Shown one piece after another: positions 12,782 to 24,163 of a stretch of DNA of 64,000 nt (the first letter of the stretch is position 1; each line of letters opens with the position of its first letter). The translations under genes were made by a program, and so were the position numbers. The stretch lies in the NCBI RefSeq assembly GCF_058153355.1, contig NZ_CM177019.1; one strand, written 5' to 3'. The notes beneath the pieces were generated by a model, which searched no databases, had not been told where the DNA came from, and saw only the letters and a program-made list of their open reading frames with translations.

Positions 12782-13630
12782 TTATGTGATCGCGCCCTGG
12801 TCGTCCCTGACAGTAAATCCCAGTTCATTAGAAATAGCCTGCGCGGTTTCACGCAGTGGTTTCAGGAGATTTTTCTCCCCCACCTGTTTCAGACGTGATG
12901 TCGAAAGCGAAATCGACACGGCGTACGGCACCCGCCCATGAATATCAAACACCGGAACAGCAATACAGGAGACGCCGAGTTCGTTTTCTTCTCTGTCCAT
13001 CGCCGCTCCGCTTTCACGAATGTGCGCCAGTTCGTCGAACATCGCGGGCAGCTCGGTAATGGTATTGCGGGTTAACGGCTGGATCTCATGCTGATGGCTT
13101 TCCCAGTATGACTTCACGTAGTCCGGGTGACCAAACGCCATGTAGATCTTGCCCATTGCGGAACAGTAGAGCGGCATATGCTGGCCTATATAAGCTCGGG
13201 TTCGCAGCATCCCGGTCGTGGGTTCCAGCTTATAAATCAAAATAGCGTGATCGTCTTCGCGGCTGGAGAAGTTAATGGTTTCACCAGTGTCGATGTTCAG
13301 TGCCTCAAGATGCGGAGCGGCGATATGAATGATATTCAGCGAAGACAGCGCCTTCTGCCCGACGGCAATAAATTTGGTAGTCAGGCGGTAACTCCCTGCG
13401 GCGGGCGCGGTGGTCACATAGCCGCAGGATTGTAATCCCTGCAATAAGCGATGGACGGTACTCTTATTTAAACCAGCCAGCTCCGAAAGATGCGCCAACG
13501 GACAACCGTTTGGATAGTTGCTCAAAATCTCAATCAGCATCAACCCGCGAAACAGACTCTGGCTTCCGGCTGGACGCTCTTTTTCCTGCGCCATCTCGTT
13601 CTCTTTTTTTCCCATCACTTCTTTCCCCAT
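12782..13630 (-). CDS. yiaJ: IclR-family transcriptional repressor of the yiaK-sgbE operon
   Basis: 282 aa; IclR HTH (LSELAGLNKSTVHRLL) and effector domain; divergent from yiaK. Confidence 0.9.
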   Translation of the reverse strand: MGKEVMGKKENEMAQEKERPAGSQSLFRGLMLIEILSNYPNGCPLAHLSELAGLNKSTVHRLLQGLQSCGYVTTAPAAGSYRLTTKFIAVGQKALSSLNIIHIAAPHLEALNIDTGETINFSSREDDHAILIYKLEPTTGMLRTRAYIGQHMPLYCSAMGKIYMAFGHPDYVKSYWESHQHEIQPLTRNTITELPAMFDELAHIRESGAAMDREENELGVSCIAVPVFDIHGRVPYAVSISLSTSRLKQVGEKNLLKPLRETAQAISNELGFTVRDDQGAIT

Positions 13631-13831
13631 TTTGTCGCGTCCTGATGGTAGCGCAAAGTGTGTCGTAGTTCACGATCTCGACAGATAATTTATAACCACT
13701 TGATTTTTAAGTTTTTTGAAATTCATCAATCAGATTGCTTTGTTAAAAAGCGATCGATATATTTGAAATCAGATTTCACATATTGAAATTTTAAGCCAAA
13801 AAAAGCGTTCAAAAAAATAAGGAAGCCAGGG
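13631..13831. promoter_or_regulatory. yiaJ/yiaK divergent promoter region
   Basis: AT-rich 200-bp intergenic region with a CRP-like half-site pair (gtgtgtcgtagttcacg). Confidence 0.4.
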
Positions 13832-14830
13832 ATGAAAGTCACATTTGAGCAGTTAAAAGCAGCCTTTAATCGGGTCTTAATTTCACGCGGTGTTGACAGC
13901 GAAACGGCTGATGCCTGTGCAGAGATGTTCGCCCGCACCACCGAATCCGGTGTTTATTCTCACGGTGTTAACCGCTTCCCACGCTTCATCCAACAATTGG
14001 ATAATGGCGATATCATTCCTGACGCCCAAGCCAAACGTATAACCAGCCTCGGCGCAATTGAACAGTGGGACGCCCAGCGTTCGATCGGTAACCTGACAGC
14101 GAAAAAGATGATGGATCGCGCCATTGAACTGGCTGCCGATCACGGTATTGGTCTGGTGGCGTTGCGTAATGCCAACCACTGGATGCGCGGCGGCAGCTAC
14201 GGCTGGCAGGCGGCGGAAAAAGGCTATATTGGCATTTGCTGGACCAACTCCATCGCCGTAATGCCGCCGTGGGGCGCAAAAGAGTGTCGCATCGGCACTA
14301 ACCCGCTGATCGTCGCCATTCCTTCTACCCCAATCACCATGGTCGATATGTCGATGTCGATGTTTTCCTACGGCATGTTAGAAGTTAACCGCCTTGCAGG
14401 TCGTCAGCTCCCGGTCGATGGCGGCTTTGACGATGAAGGCAATCTCACCAAAGAACCTGGTGTAATCGAGAAAAATCGCCGTATTTTGCCAATGGGTTAC
14501 TGGAAAGGTTCCGGTATGTCGATCGTATTGGATATGATCGCTACTCTTCTTTCTGACGGCGCGTCAGTTGCTGAAGTCACCCAGGATAACAGCGACGAAT
14601 ACGGTGTTTCGCAAATCTTTATCGCCATTGAAGTGGACAAGCTTATCGACGGCCCCACCCGCGATGCCAAGCTGCAACGCATCATGGATTATGTTACTAC
14701 CGCTGAACGCGCCGATGAAAACCAGGCCATTCGCTTACCCGGCCACGAATTTACCACCCTGCTGGCAGAAAACCGCCGTAACGGTATTACCGTTGATGAC
14801 AGCGTATGGGCAAAAATCCAGGCGTTATAA
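13832..14830 (+). CDS. yiaK: 2,3-diketo-L-gulonate reductase
   Basis: 332-aa ORF, first gene of the yia-sgb operon. Confidence 0.9.
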   Translation: MKVTFEQLKAAFNRVLISRGVDSETADACAEMFARTTESGVYSHGVNRFPRFIQQLDNGDIIPDAQAKRITSLGAIEQWDAQRSIGNLTAKKMMDRAIELAADHGIGLVALRNANHWMRGGSYGWQAAEKGYIGICWTNSIAVMPPWGAKECRIGTNPLIVAIPSTPITMVDMSMSMFSYGMLEVNRLAGRQLPVDGGFDDEGNLTKEPGVIEKNRRILPMGYWKGSGMSIVLDMIATLLSDGASVAEVTQDNSDEYGVSQIFIAIEVDKLIDGPTRDAKLQRIMDYVTTAERADENQAIRLPGHEFTTLLAENRRNGITVDDSVWAKIQAL

Positions 14831-14838
14831 GGAGATAA

Positions 14839-15309
<471 letters not shown>

Positions 15310-15426
15310 TCGAATAATCGTCTACGCCAGAACGCCTGGGTAATGTTATTGCTCTAACTATATTAATAATTCAGGTTGCTGCACATGCAACTTGAATTAT
15401 GACAAACATAGCCTCAAGGAATAGCT

Positions 15427-15901
15427 ATGAAAAAAAATACTTGAAGCAATACTGGCGATTAATCTCGCCGTACTTTCCTGTATTGTGTTTATAAACATTA
15501 TTTTAAGATATGGTTTTCAGACAAGTATTTTATCTGTAGATGAATTGTCGCGTTATTTATTTGTCTGGTTAACCTTTATTGGCGCGATTGTGGCTTTTAT
15601 GGATAACGCCCACGTTCAGGTTACCTTTCTGGTGGAGAAACTCTCCCCCGCGTGGCAGCGACGAGTCGCTCTGGTTACCCACGCCTTAATATTATTTATT
15701 TGTGGCGCACTGGCCTGGGGCGCAACGCTAAAAACAATTCAGGACTGGAGCGATTATTCACCGATCCTCGGCTTGCCCATCGGCCTGATGTATGCCGCTT
15801 GTCTGCCCACCAGCCTCGTTATCGCATTCTTTGAGCTGCGCCTTTTATATCAACTCATCACGCGTAGCAATTCTCTAACGCCGCCACCGCAAGGAGCTTA
15901 A
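15427..15901 (+). pseudogene. yiaM: TRAP transporter small permease YiaM with +1 frameshift in an A8 homopolymer at codons 2-4
   Basis: ATG at 15427 is followed by 8 A's; the reading frame hits TGA after 4 codons. The conserved frame resumes as the 138-aa ORF from GTG 15485 ([12 protein letters not shown]...); total length matches a 157-aa YiaM if one A is removed. Confidence 0.7.
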
Positions 15902-15903
15902 TC

Positions 15904-17181
15904 ATGGCTGTGCTGATTTTTCTGGGCTGCCTGTTGGGTGGCATTGCCATCGGTTTGCCTATTGCCTGGTCGCTACTGTTGTGCGGGGCGGCGCTTATGT
16001 TCTGGCTGGATATGTTTGATGTCCAGATCATGGCGCAAACGCTGGTAAACGGTGCTGACAGCTTCTCCCTGCTGGCGATTCCGTTCTTTGTACTGGCGGG
16101 TGAAATCATGAATGCGGGCGGCTTATCAAAACGCATTGTTGACCTGCCGATGAAACTGGTCGGGCATAAACCAGGCGGGTTGGGCTACGTAGGCGTGCTG
16201 GCGGCAATGATTATGGCGAGCCTTTCCGGTTCTGCTGTTGCGGATACCGCCGCCGTTGCCGCGCTACTGGTGCCGATGATGCGCAGCGCTAACTACCCGG
16301 TCAACCGTGCTGCGGGGCTGATTGCCTCTGGCGGGATTATCGCGCCAATTATTCCCCCTTCCATTCCGTTTATTATCTTCGGTGTTTCCAGCGGATTATC
16401 CATCAGTAAGTTGTTTATGGCGGGAATTGCCCCAGGCATTATGATGGGCGCAACGCTGATGCTCACATGGTGGTGGCAGGCCAGTCGTCTTAATTTACCC
16501 CGTCAGCAAAAAGCAACGAAACGAGAAATCTGGCACTCTTTTGTTTCCGGTATCTGGGCGCTATTTCTTCCGGTCATTATTATTGGCGGCTTTCGCTCCG
16601 GTCTGTTTACCCCTACCGAAGCCGGGGCCGTTGCTGCTTTCTATGCGTTATTTGTCGCCACGGTTATTTACCGTGAAATGACCTTCGCCACACTTTGGCA
16701 TGTACTTATTGGCGCGGCGAAAACCACCTCAGTGGTAATGTTTCTGGTAGCTTCGGCACAAGTTTCCGCCTGGCTAATTACCATTGCTGAACTGCCAATG
16801 ATGGTTTCTGATTTACTGCAACCGTTAGTGGAATCACCGCGTCTGCTGTTTATCGTTATTATGCTGGCGATTTTGATAGTCGGTATGGTAATGGATTTAA
16901 CGCCGACGGTGTTAATTCTTACCCCGGTATTAATGCCTTTAGTTAAAGAGGCAGGAATCGATCCGATTTACTTCGGAGTCATGTTTATCATCAACTGCTC
17001 AATCGGCTTAATTACACCGCCTATCGGTAATGTGCTTAACGTTATTTCAGGGGTGGCTAAACTCAAATTCGATGATGCAGTCAGAGGCGTTTTCCCTTAC
17101 GTCCTGGTTTTATATTCCTTATTAGCCTTATTTGTTTTTATTCCCGATCTCATCATCCTCCCGTTGAAATGGATTAATTAA
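15904..17181 (+). CDS. yiaN: TRAP transporter large permease (DctM family)
   Basis: 425-aa polytopic membrane protein. Confidence 0.9.
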   Translation: MAVLIFLGCLLGGIAIGLPIAWSLLLCGAALMFWLDMFDVQIMAQTLVNGADSFSLLAIPFFVLAGEIMNAGGLSKRIVDLPMKLVGHKPGGLGYVGVLAAMIMASLSGSAVADTAAVAALLVPMMRSANYPVNRAAGLIASGGIIAPIIPPSIPFIIFGVSSGLSISKLFMAGIAPGIMMGATLMLTWWWQASRLNLPRQQKATKREIWHSFVSGIWALFLPVIIIGGFRSGLFTPTEAGAVAAFYALFVATVIYREMTFATLWHVLIGAAKTTSVVMFLVASAQVSAWLITIAELPMMVSDLLQPLVESPRLLFIVIMLAILIVGMVMDLTPTVLILTPVLMPLVKEAGIDPIYFGVMFIINCSIGLITPPIGNVLNVISGVAKLKFDDAVRGVFPYVLVLYSLLALFVFIPDLIILPLKWIN

Positions 17182-17193
17182 AAGGAAAATATA

Positions 17194-18180
17194 ATGAAAT
17201 TACGCTCTGTAACCTACGCATTATTCATTGCTGGCCTCGCTGCATTCAGTACGTCTTCGCTGGCGGCACAATCATTACGTTTCGGTTATGAAACCTCACA
17301 AACCGACTCACAACATATTGCAGCGAAAAAATTTAATGAATTATTACAGGAGAGAACCAAAGGCGAGCTGAAATTAAAACTGTTCCCGGACAGTACTCTC
17401 GGCAACGCACAAGCGATGATCAGCGGCGTGCGTGGCGGCACTATTGATATGGAGATGTCTGGCTCGAATAACTTTGCCGGATTATCACCTGTGATGAACC
17501 TGCTGGATGTTCCTTTCCTGTTCCGCGATACCGCCCACGCGCATAAAACACTCGACGGCAAAGTCGGCGATGAACTGAAGGCCTCCCTTGAAGGTAAGGG
17601 ACTGAAAGTACTGGCCTACTGGGAAAACGGCTGGCGCGATGTCACCAACTCACGCCAACCGGTTAAAACGCCTGGCGACCTGAAAGGGCTGAAAATCCGC
17701 ACCAACAACAGCCCGATGAATATCGCCGCATTTAAAGTATTTGGCGCTAACCCTATCCCGATGCCGTTTGCCGAAGTCTATACCGGACTGGAAACACGCA
17801 CTATCGACGCTCAGGAACATCCCATCAACGTCGTCTGGTCGGCAAAATTTTATGAAGTGCAGAAGTACCTATCTCTGACTCACCATGCCTATTCCCCGCT
17901 TCTGGTAGTGATCAACAAAGCGAAATTTGATGGCTTAAGCCCGGAGTTCCAGCAAGCGCTAATTTCATCTGCGCAAGAAGCGGGTAATTACCAGCGCAAA
18001 TTGGTCGCCGAAAATCAGCAAAAAATCATCGACGGCATGAAAGACGCTGGCGTGGAAGTCATCACCGAACTTGATCGCAAAGCCTTTAGCGACGTACTGG
18101 GTACTCAGGTCCGCGACATGTTTGTAAAAGATGTTCCGCAGGGCGATGAACTGCTGAAAGCCGTGGATGAGGTGCAATAA
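17194..18180 (+). CDS. yiaO: TRAP transporter periplasmic solute-binding protein (DctP family)
   Basis: 328 aa with signal peptide MKLRSVTYALFIAGLAAFSTSSLA. Confidence 0.9.
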   Translation: MKLRSVTYALFIAGLAAFSTSSLAAQSLRFGYETSQTDSQHIAAKKFNELLQERTKGELKLKLFPDSTLGNAQAMISGVRGGTIDMEMSGSNNFAGLSPVMNLLDVPFLFRDTAHAHKTLDGKVGDELKASLEGKGLKVLAYWENGWRDVTNSRQPVKTPGDLKGLKIRTNNSPMNIAAFKVFGANPIPMPFAEVYTGLETRTIDAQEHPINVVWSAKFYEVQKYLSLTHHAYSPLLVVINKAKFDGLSPEFQQALISSAQEAGNYQRKLVAENQQKIIDGMKDAGVEVITELDRKAFSDVLGTQVRDMFVKDVPQGDELLKAVDEVQ

Positions 18181-18183
18181 GCC

Positions 18184-19680
18184 ATGACGCAATACTGGCT
18201 GGGGTTAGATTGTGGCGGAAGCTGGCTAAAAGCCGGACTGTATGACCGCGAAGGCCGGGAGGCAGGCGTGCAGCGCCTGCCGCTGTGCGCATTAAGCCCG
18301 CAGCCAGGCTGGGCAGAGCGCGATATGGAAGAACTGTGGCAATGCTGCATGGCTGTCATTCGCGCCCTGCTTACCCATTCCAGCGTTAGCGGGGAGCAAA
18401 TTGTCGGCATCGGTATCTCCGCACAGGGAAAGGGCTTGTTTTTGCTGGATAAAAACGACAAGCCGCTCGGTAACGCCATTTTGTCCTCGGATCGCCGGGC
18501 GATGGAAATCGTTCGTCGCTGGCAGGAAGATAGCATCCCGGAAAAACTCTACCCGCTGACCCGACAAACCTTGTGGACCGGGCATCCGGTGTCGCTGTTA
18601 CGCTGGCTGAAAGTGCACGAACCAGAACGCTACGCGCAAATTGGCTGCGTGATGATGACGCACGACTACCTGCGTTGGTGTTTAACCGGCGTCAAAGGCT
18701 GTGAAGAGAGCAATATTTCCGAATCCAATCTCTACAACATGAGTCGCGGGGAATATGACCCGTGCCTCACCGACTGGCTGGGGATCAGTGAAATCAATCA
18801 CGCCCTGCCGCCTGTTGTTGGATCTGCCGAAATCTGCGGGGAAATCACCGCTCAGACAGCCGCACTGACCGGTCTGCAAGCGGGTACGCCCGTTGTCGGC
18901 GGCCTGTTTGATGTGGTTTCTACCGCACTCTGCGCCGGAATCGAAGACGAATTTACCCTCAATGCGGTGATGGGGACCTGGGCGGTGACCAGCGGCATAA
19001 CCTGCGGTTTACGTGACGGTGAAGCGCATCCGTATGTCTATGGTCGCTACGTTAACGATGGTGAATTTATCGTTCACGAAGCCAGCCCTACCTCTTCCGG
19101 CAATCTCGAATGGTTTACCGCGCAGTGGGGAGAAATCTCGTTTGCAGAGATCAACCAGGCTGTTGCCAGCTTACCGAAAGCCGGTGGCGATCTCTTTTTC
19201 CTGCCGTTCCTGTACGGCAGCAACGCCGGACTCGAGATGACCAGCGGTTTCTACGGGATGCAGGCCATTCACACCCGCGCACACCTGTTGCAGGCCATTT
19301 ATGAAGGCGTGGTGTTCAGCCATATGACCCACCTCAACCGGATGCGCGAACGTTTTACTGATGTGCACACCCTGCGCGTCACTGGCGGCCCGGCGCACTC
19401 CGATGTCTGGATGCAAATGCTGGCGGACGTTAGCGGACTGCGTATCGAACTGCCGCAGGTGCAAGAAACGGGCTGTTTTGGCGCGGCGCTTGCCGCCCGC
19501 GTCGGCACCGGAGTTTATCGCGATTTCAGCGAAGCCCAGCGCGATCAACAGCACCCGGTGCGTACCCTGTTACCGGATATGACCGCCCATCAGCTTTACC
19601 AACAAAAATACCAACGCTATCAGCACCTCATTGCCGCACTACAGGGCTTTCATGCCCGCGTTAAGGAGAACACATTATGA
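18184..19680 (+). CDS. lyxK: L-xylulose/3-keto-L-gulonate kinase (FGGY family)
   Basis: 498-aa ORF, FGGY carbohydrate kinase fold (WLGLDCGGSWLKAGLYD...). Confidence 0.9.
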   Translation: MTQYWLGLDCGGSWLKAGLYDREGREAGVQRLPLCALSPQPGWAERDMEELWQCCMAVIRALLTHSSVSGEQIVGIGISAQGKGLFLLDKNDKPLGNAILSSDRRAMEIVRRWQEDSIPEKLYPLTRQTLWTGHPVSLLRWLKVHEPERYAQIGCVMMTHDYLRWCLTGVKGCEESNISESNLYNMSRGEYDPCLTDWLGISEINHALPPVVGSAEICGEITAQTAALTGLQAGTPVVGGLFDVVSTALCAGIEDEFTLNAVMGTWAVTSGITCGLRDGEAHPYVYGRYVNDGEFIVHEASPTSSGNLEWFTAQWGEISFAEINQAVASLPKAGGDLFFLPFLYGSNAGLEMTSGFYGMQAIHTRAHLLQAIYEGVVFSHMTHLNRMRERFTDVHTLRVTGGPAHSDVWMQMLADVSGLRIELPQVQETGCFGAALAARVGTGVYRDFSEAQRDQQHPVRTLLPDMTAHQLYQQKYQRYQHLIAALQGFHARVKENTL

Positions 19681-20339
19681 GCAGACCACTTCTGCAACTG
19701 GCCCTCGACCACTCATCACTTGAAGCCGCACAGCGCGACGTTACGCTGTTAAAAGACAGCGTCGATATCGTCGAAGCAGGCACTATTCTCTGTTTAAACG
19801 AAGGGCTTGGCGCGGTGAAAGCCTTGCGCGAACAGTGCCCGGACAAAATCATCGTTGCTGACTGGAAGGTCGCCGATGCTGGTGAAACGCTCGCGCAACA
19901 GGCGTTTGGCGCAGGCGCTAACTGGATGACCATCATCTGCGCCGCACCGCTCGCGACGGTGGAAAAAGGCCACGCGATGGCGCAACGCTGCGGTGGTGAA
20001 ATCCAGATAGAGCTTTTTGGTAACTGGACGCTGGACGACGCCCGCGACTGGCATCGTATTGGCGTGCGGCAGGCGATTTATCATCGTGGTCGTGACGCGC
20101 AGGCCAGCGGGCAACAGTGGGGCGAAGCCGATCTGGCACGCATGAAGGCGCTTTCCGATATCGGCCTTGAGCTTTCCATTACCGGCGGGATTACGCCTGC
20201 TGACCTGCCGCTGTTTAAAGATATCCGCGTGAAAGCGTTTATTGCCGGGCGGGCGCTGGCAGGCGCAGCAAATCCGGCACAGGTAGCTGCCGACTTCCAT
20301 GCGCAAATCGACGCTATCTGGGGAGGCGCGCGTGCGTAA
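19677..20339 (+). CDS. sgbH: 3-keto-L-gulonate-6-phosphate decarboxylase
   Basis: 220 aa, OMP-decarboxylase-like; overlaps lyxK stop. Confidence 0.9.
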   Translation: MSRPLLQLALDHSSLEAAQRDVTLLKDSVDIVEAGTILCLNEGLGAVKALREQCPDKIIVADWKVADAGETLAQQAFGAGANWMTIICAAPLATVEKGHAMAQRCGGEIQIELFGNWTLDDARDWHRIGVRQAIYHRGRDAQASGQQWGEADLARMKALSDIGLELSITGGITPADLPLFKDIRVKAFIAGRALAGAANPAQVAADFHAQIDAIWGGARA

Positions 20340-21192
20340 TCATCCGTTAGGGATTTATGAAAAAGCGCTGGCGAAAGATCTCTCCTGGCCGGAGCGGCTG
20401 GTGCTGGCAAAAAGCTGCGGTTTTGATTTTGTCGAAATGTCGGTGGATGAAACCGACGAGCGTCTGTCGCGCCTTGACTGGAGCGCCGCACAAAGGACTT
20501 CGCTGGTTGCCGCGATGATCGAAACGGGTGTTGGGATCCCGTCGATGTGCCTGTCCGCACATCGTCGTTTTCCCTTTGGTAGCCGTGACGACGCGGCACG
20601 CCAGCGAGCACGGGAGATCATGAGTAAAGCAATTCGTCTGGCGCGCGATCTCGGTATTCGCACCATTCAACTGGCGGGCTACGACGTCTATTACGAAGCC
20701 CATGACGAAGGCACGCAGCAACGTTTTGCCGAAGGGCTGGCGTGGGCGGTTGAACAGGCAGCCGCCGCGCAGGTGATGCTGGCGGTGGAGATTATGGATA
20801 CTGCGTTTATGAACTCCATCAGCAAATGGAAAAAATGGGACGAGATACTCGCTTCGCCGTGGTTCACCGTCTACCCGGACGTCGGCAACCTTAGCGCCTG
20901 GGGCAATGATGTTCCCGCTGAACTGAAACTGGGCATTGACCGTATCGCCGCCATCCACCTGAAAGATACCCAGCCAGTGACCGAGCATAGCCCCGGACAG
21001 TTCCGCGACGTGCCGTTTGGCGAAGGCTGCGTCGATTTCGTTGGTATCTTCAAAACGCTGCATGAACTGAACTATCGCGGATCATTTCTGATTGAGATGT
21101 GGACCGAAAAAGCCAAAGAGCCGGTGCTGGAGATTATTCAGGCGCGGCGCTGGATTGAAGCGCGTATGCAGGAGGCCGGATTTATATGTTAG
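20332..21192 (+). CDS. sgbU: L-xylulose-5-phosphate 3-epimerase
   Basis: 286 aa from GTG ([15 protein letters not shown]...), TIM-barrel sugar-phosphate epimerase; the ORF-track start at 20299 is an extension. Confidence 0.85.
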   Translation: MRNHPLGIYEKALAKDLSWPERLVLAKSCGFDFVEMSVDETDERLSRLDWSAAQRTSLVAAMIETGVGIPSMCLSAHRRFPFGSRDDAARQRAREIMSKAIRLARDLGIRTIQLAGYDVYYEAHDEGTQQRFAEGLAWAVEQAAAAQVMLAVEIMDTAFMNSISKWKKWDEILASPWFTVYPDVGNLSAWGNDVPAELKLGIDRIAAIHLKDTQPVTEHSPGQFRDVPFGEGCVDFVGIFKTLHELNYRGSFLIEMWTEKAKEPVLEIIQARRWIEARMQEAGFIC

Positions 21193-21680
21193 AGCGATTG
21201 AAAGCCGACGTGCTGGCGGCGAATCTGGCGCTTTATCGTCGCTATGCAGAAATTGGCGGTATTGTGCATACCCACTCGCGCCACGCCACCATCTGGTCAC
21301 AGGCCGGGCTGGATCTCCCCGCCTGGGGCACCACGCACGCCGATTATTTCTATGGTGCCATCCCCTGCACGCGACAGATGACCGCAGAGGAGATTAACGG
21401 CGAATATGAATATCAGACCGGCGAAGTGATCATTGAAACTTTCGAAGAACGCGGCAGGAGTCCGGCACAAATCCCGGCGGTATTGGTGCATTCTCACGGT
21501 CCGTTCGCCTGGGGCAATAACGCCGCCGATGCGGTGCATAATGCCGTGGTACTCGAAGAGTGCGCCTATATGGGCCTGTTCTCGCGCCAGCTTGCGCCGC
21601 AGCTTCCTGCGATGCAAAACGAACTTCTGGATAAGCATTACCTGCGTAAGCATGGGGCCAATGCCTATTACGGGCAGTAA
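21186..21680 (+). CDS. sgbE: L-ribulose-5-phosphate 4-epimerase with an in-frame internal deletion of ~67 codons (164 aa instead of ~231); probably non-functional
   Basis: N-terminus [16 protein letters not shown] joins directly to [21 protein letters not shown]..., omitting the block present in AraD-family epimerases (AraD: ...[21 protein letters not shown]...PTHRLLYQAF...); C-terminal two-thirds is intact. Confidence 0.75.
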   Translation: MLERLKADVLAANLALYRRYAEIGGIVHTHSRHATIWSQAGLDLPAWGTTHADYFYGAIPCTRQMTAEEINGEYEYQTGEVIIETFEERGRSPAQIPAVLVHSHGPFAWGNNAADAVHNAVVLEECAYMGLFSRQLAPQLPAMQNELLDKHYLRKHGANAYYGQ

Positions 21681-21688
21681 TCTATCAC

Positions 21689-21710
21689 GCCGGGGCTTCA
21701 TTGCCCCGGC
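21689..21710. terminator. Putative bidirectional terminator hairpin between convergent sgbE and the AraC-family gene
   Basis: gccggggc-ttcatt-gccccggc stem-loop located between two convergent stop codons. Confidence 0.45.
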
Positions 21711-21711
21711 A

Positions 21712-22527
21712 CTACGAATTGATATGTTCCTTGCTGTAACGTCGCTTCCACGCAGCTGGCGTTAAACCGGTGTGTTTGCGAAAAATCTGTCGGAAATAGC
21801 CAACGTCATTAAACCCGCACAACGCCGCCACTTCCGTGAGCGATCGCGCTTCGCTAATTAACAGCTTTTCGGCTTCGCGCACTCGCTGGCGGTGGATTGC
21901 TTCTGTTAACGTCAGATGAAACACCCGCCGATAGACACGCCCAAGATAATCGGCATTGCAGTACAGCTCGCGGGCTAAAAGCGCCGTAGAAAGCGGGCGA
22001 TGATATTGCGTGCGGATCAGTTTCTGCGCTTTCCAGGCAAGCGTGGTACCTGCGGCATCGGCCTGTTCATCAAGACGCGCGTCACGGGTGAGTTGCTGCA
22101 AAATCAGCAGCACAATAAACTCCAGCGCCGGAGTGCGTTGATGCTTTTCCTGTTCGCTTAAGAACTGGCGAAACAGGGCCACCAGCGCCTGCGGATCGGC
22201 AACCTTCGTTTGTTGCGGCACGCTAAGATGAGTGAGCCAGCGCGGGTCGCTATCCGGCGCTTTAACCTCAAAATGCAGCCAGTAAAATTTGAGATCGGCG
22301 GGAAAATCCTCTACCCCAACATGCTGTCGGTTCGGCCAGAGTAATAAACTCTCTCCCGCATCGACCAGAAATATCCGCTCTTCTTCCTGAATCGTTAATC
22401 GACCTTTTTCGACAAAGATAATTTCCCATGACTCCAGCCGCCTTGCCGGATGCCTCCCTACGCCACGGGAAATAAATAATCCACCATTTTGCACTTTAAT
22501 CGGTAACGTCATGGATAATTCGAGCAT
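21712..22527 (-). CDS. AraC/XylS-family transcriptional regulator (cupin N-domain + HTH)
   Basis: 271 aa; C-terminal AraC HTH signature (...LTEVAALCGFNDVGYFRQIFRKHTGLTPAAWKRR); divergent from the MFS transporter gene. Confidence 0.8.
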   Translation of the reverse strand: MLELSMTLPIKVQNGGLFISRGVGRHPARRLESWEIIFVEKGRLTIQEEERIFLVDAGESLLLWPNRQHVGVEDFPADLKFYWLHFEVKAPDSDPRWLTHLSVPQQTKVADPQALVALFRQFLSEQEKHQRTPALEFIVLLILQQLTRDARLDEQADAAGTTLAWKAQKLIRTQYHRPLSTALLARELYCNADYLGRVYRRVFHLTLTEAIHRQRVREAEKLLISEARSLTEVAALCGFNDVGYFRQIFRKHTGLTPAAWKRRYSKEHINS

Positions 22528-22752
22528 TGATATGTAATTTCCCGCTTATTCATTAATGATTAAACACATTACCTTTTGATTATTAATCAAAAACATTAAT
22601 TTCACCTGATCCAATTCACACTTTTAAATTCAGGTCGGAATCGTCACCTTTTTTTACTCTTTTCTCGCCTTGTTGATATTCCCGTTCACGGCAGAATTAA
22701 TCATGTCATTTCAATAAAACTAAAAATTGCTCCCTATGCACGAGGAATATCT

Positions 22753-24153
22753 ATGACCTCTACACCGATTACTACCGCTGATATCGCTAAAGGTAAAATT
22801 GACGATGCGTTATCTGTACGGGAAAAAATAGGCTACGGCCTGGGTGACGCAGGCGGCACCGTAATAACTTGCCTGATCATGAACTTTCTCACCTTTTTCT
22901 ACACCGACGTTTTTGGCTTAACTCCGGCGCTGGTCGGCACGCTGTTTATTGCACTGCGCGTGTTTGATGCCATCTCCGACCCGGTGATGGGCGTCATTGC
23001 CGACCGGACGCAAAGCCGCTGGGGGCGTTTTCGTCCGTGGCAGCTATGGATTGCCGTCCCTATTGGCATTATCGGCATCCTGACGTTCACCGTACCGGAC
23101 GCCAGTATGGGGGTGAAGATCGCCTGGGCGTTCGGCACCTATCTGCTGCTTTCCGTCGGTTATACCGCCATCAACGTGCCGTACTGCGCGCTGATCAACA
23201 CCATGACGACCCGCCACAATGAGGTAATTTCGTGCCAGTCCTGGCGATTCGTTCTCTGCGGCGTAGCGGGATTTCTGGTTTCGGTTGGCCTGCCGTGGAT
23301 GGTAGATCTCTTCGGTCAGGGTAATGCCGCGCGCGGCTATCAACTGGGCGTCGGCGTGCTGTGCGCCATCGCTGTGGTGATGTTCCTGTGCTGTTTCTTC
23401 TGGGTTCGTGAACGGGTGCCACTCTCCACAATGGGGAAATTTACCCTGCGCGAACATCTTGCCGGGCTGCGAAACAACGACCAACTGCTGCTGATGCTGG
23501 TCATGTCTTTCCTGCTGATTAACGTCTTTAATATTCGCGGCGGTGGGTATATGTACTTCATTACCTACGTCTTACAAGGCAGTACGGGCTACACGTCGCT
23601 GTTCTTCACTATGGTCACCTTCGCCTCCATTATCGGCTCGGTGATTGTCAGCCCGTTAACGCGACGTTTCGATACCGTCAAAATTTACTACTACACCAAC
23701 CTGCTCCTCGCCGCGCTGGCGGTGTTGATGTGGTTCCTGCCTTCTGGCCCGGCTTATCAAACGCTGTGGCTGGCGGTGATCCTTGGTAATGGCGTGATTC
23801 TTGGCTTCACATTGCCATTGCACTTCTCATTGATGGCCTTTGCCGATGACTACGGCGAGTGGAAAACCCGCGTACGTTCTTCCGGCATGAACTTCGCCTT
23901 CAATCTGTTTTTCATCAAGCTGGCCTGGGCCTCCAGCGCCGGGATCATCAGCCTGCTGTTTATTTTTGTCGCCTACCAGCCTGGCGTGGAAAACCAGACC
24001 GCCAGTTCGCTTGGCGGGATCGCGGCGATGGAAACATTGCTGCCTGCGCTGTTCCACCTGCTGCTGGCGATGGCGATCCGCTTTTGCAAACTCAATAACC
24101 CTATGATGTCACGCATTGCTAGCGACCTGCGTCAGCGTCATGTACAGCCTTAA
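22753..24153 (+). CDS. MFS transporter, glycoside-pentoside-hexuronide:cation symporter family
   Basis: 466 aa, ~12 predicted TM segments; GPH-family N-terminal region ([30 protein letters not shown], ...[13 protein letters not shown]). Confidence 0.8.
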   Translation: MTSTPITTADIAKGKIDDALSVREKIGYGLGDAGGTVITCLIMNFLTFFYTDVFGLTPALVGTLFIALRVFDAISDPVMGVIADRTQSRWGRFRPWQLWIAVPIGIIGILTFTVPDASMGVKIAWAFGTYLLLSVGYTAINVPYCALINTMTTRHNEVISCQSWRFVLCGVAGFLVSVGLPWMVDLFGQGNAARGYQLGVGVLCAIAVVMFLCCFFWVRERVPLSTMGKFTLREHLAGLRNNDQLLLMLVMSFLLINVFNIRGGGYMYFITYVLQGSTGYTSLFFTMVTFASIIGSVIVSPLTRRFDTVKIYYYTNLLLAALAVLMWFLPSGPAYQTLWLAVILGNGVILGFTLPLHFSLMAFADDYGEWKTRVRSSGMNFAFNLFFIKLAWASSAGIISLLFIFVAYQPGVENQTASSLGGIAAMETLLPALFHLLLAMAIRFCKLNNPMMSRIASDLRQRHVQP

Positions 24154-24163
24154 GGAGCACAAG

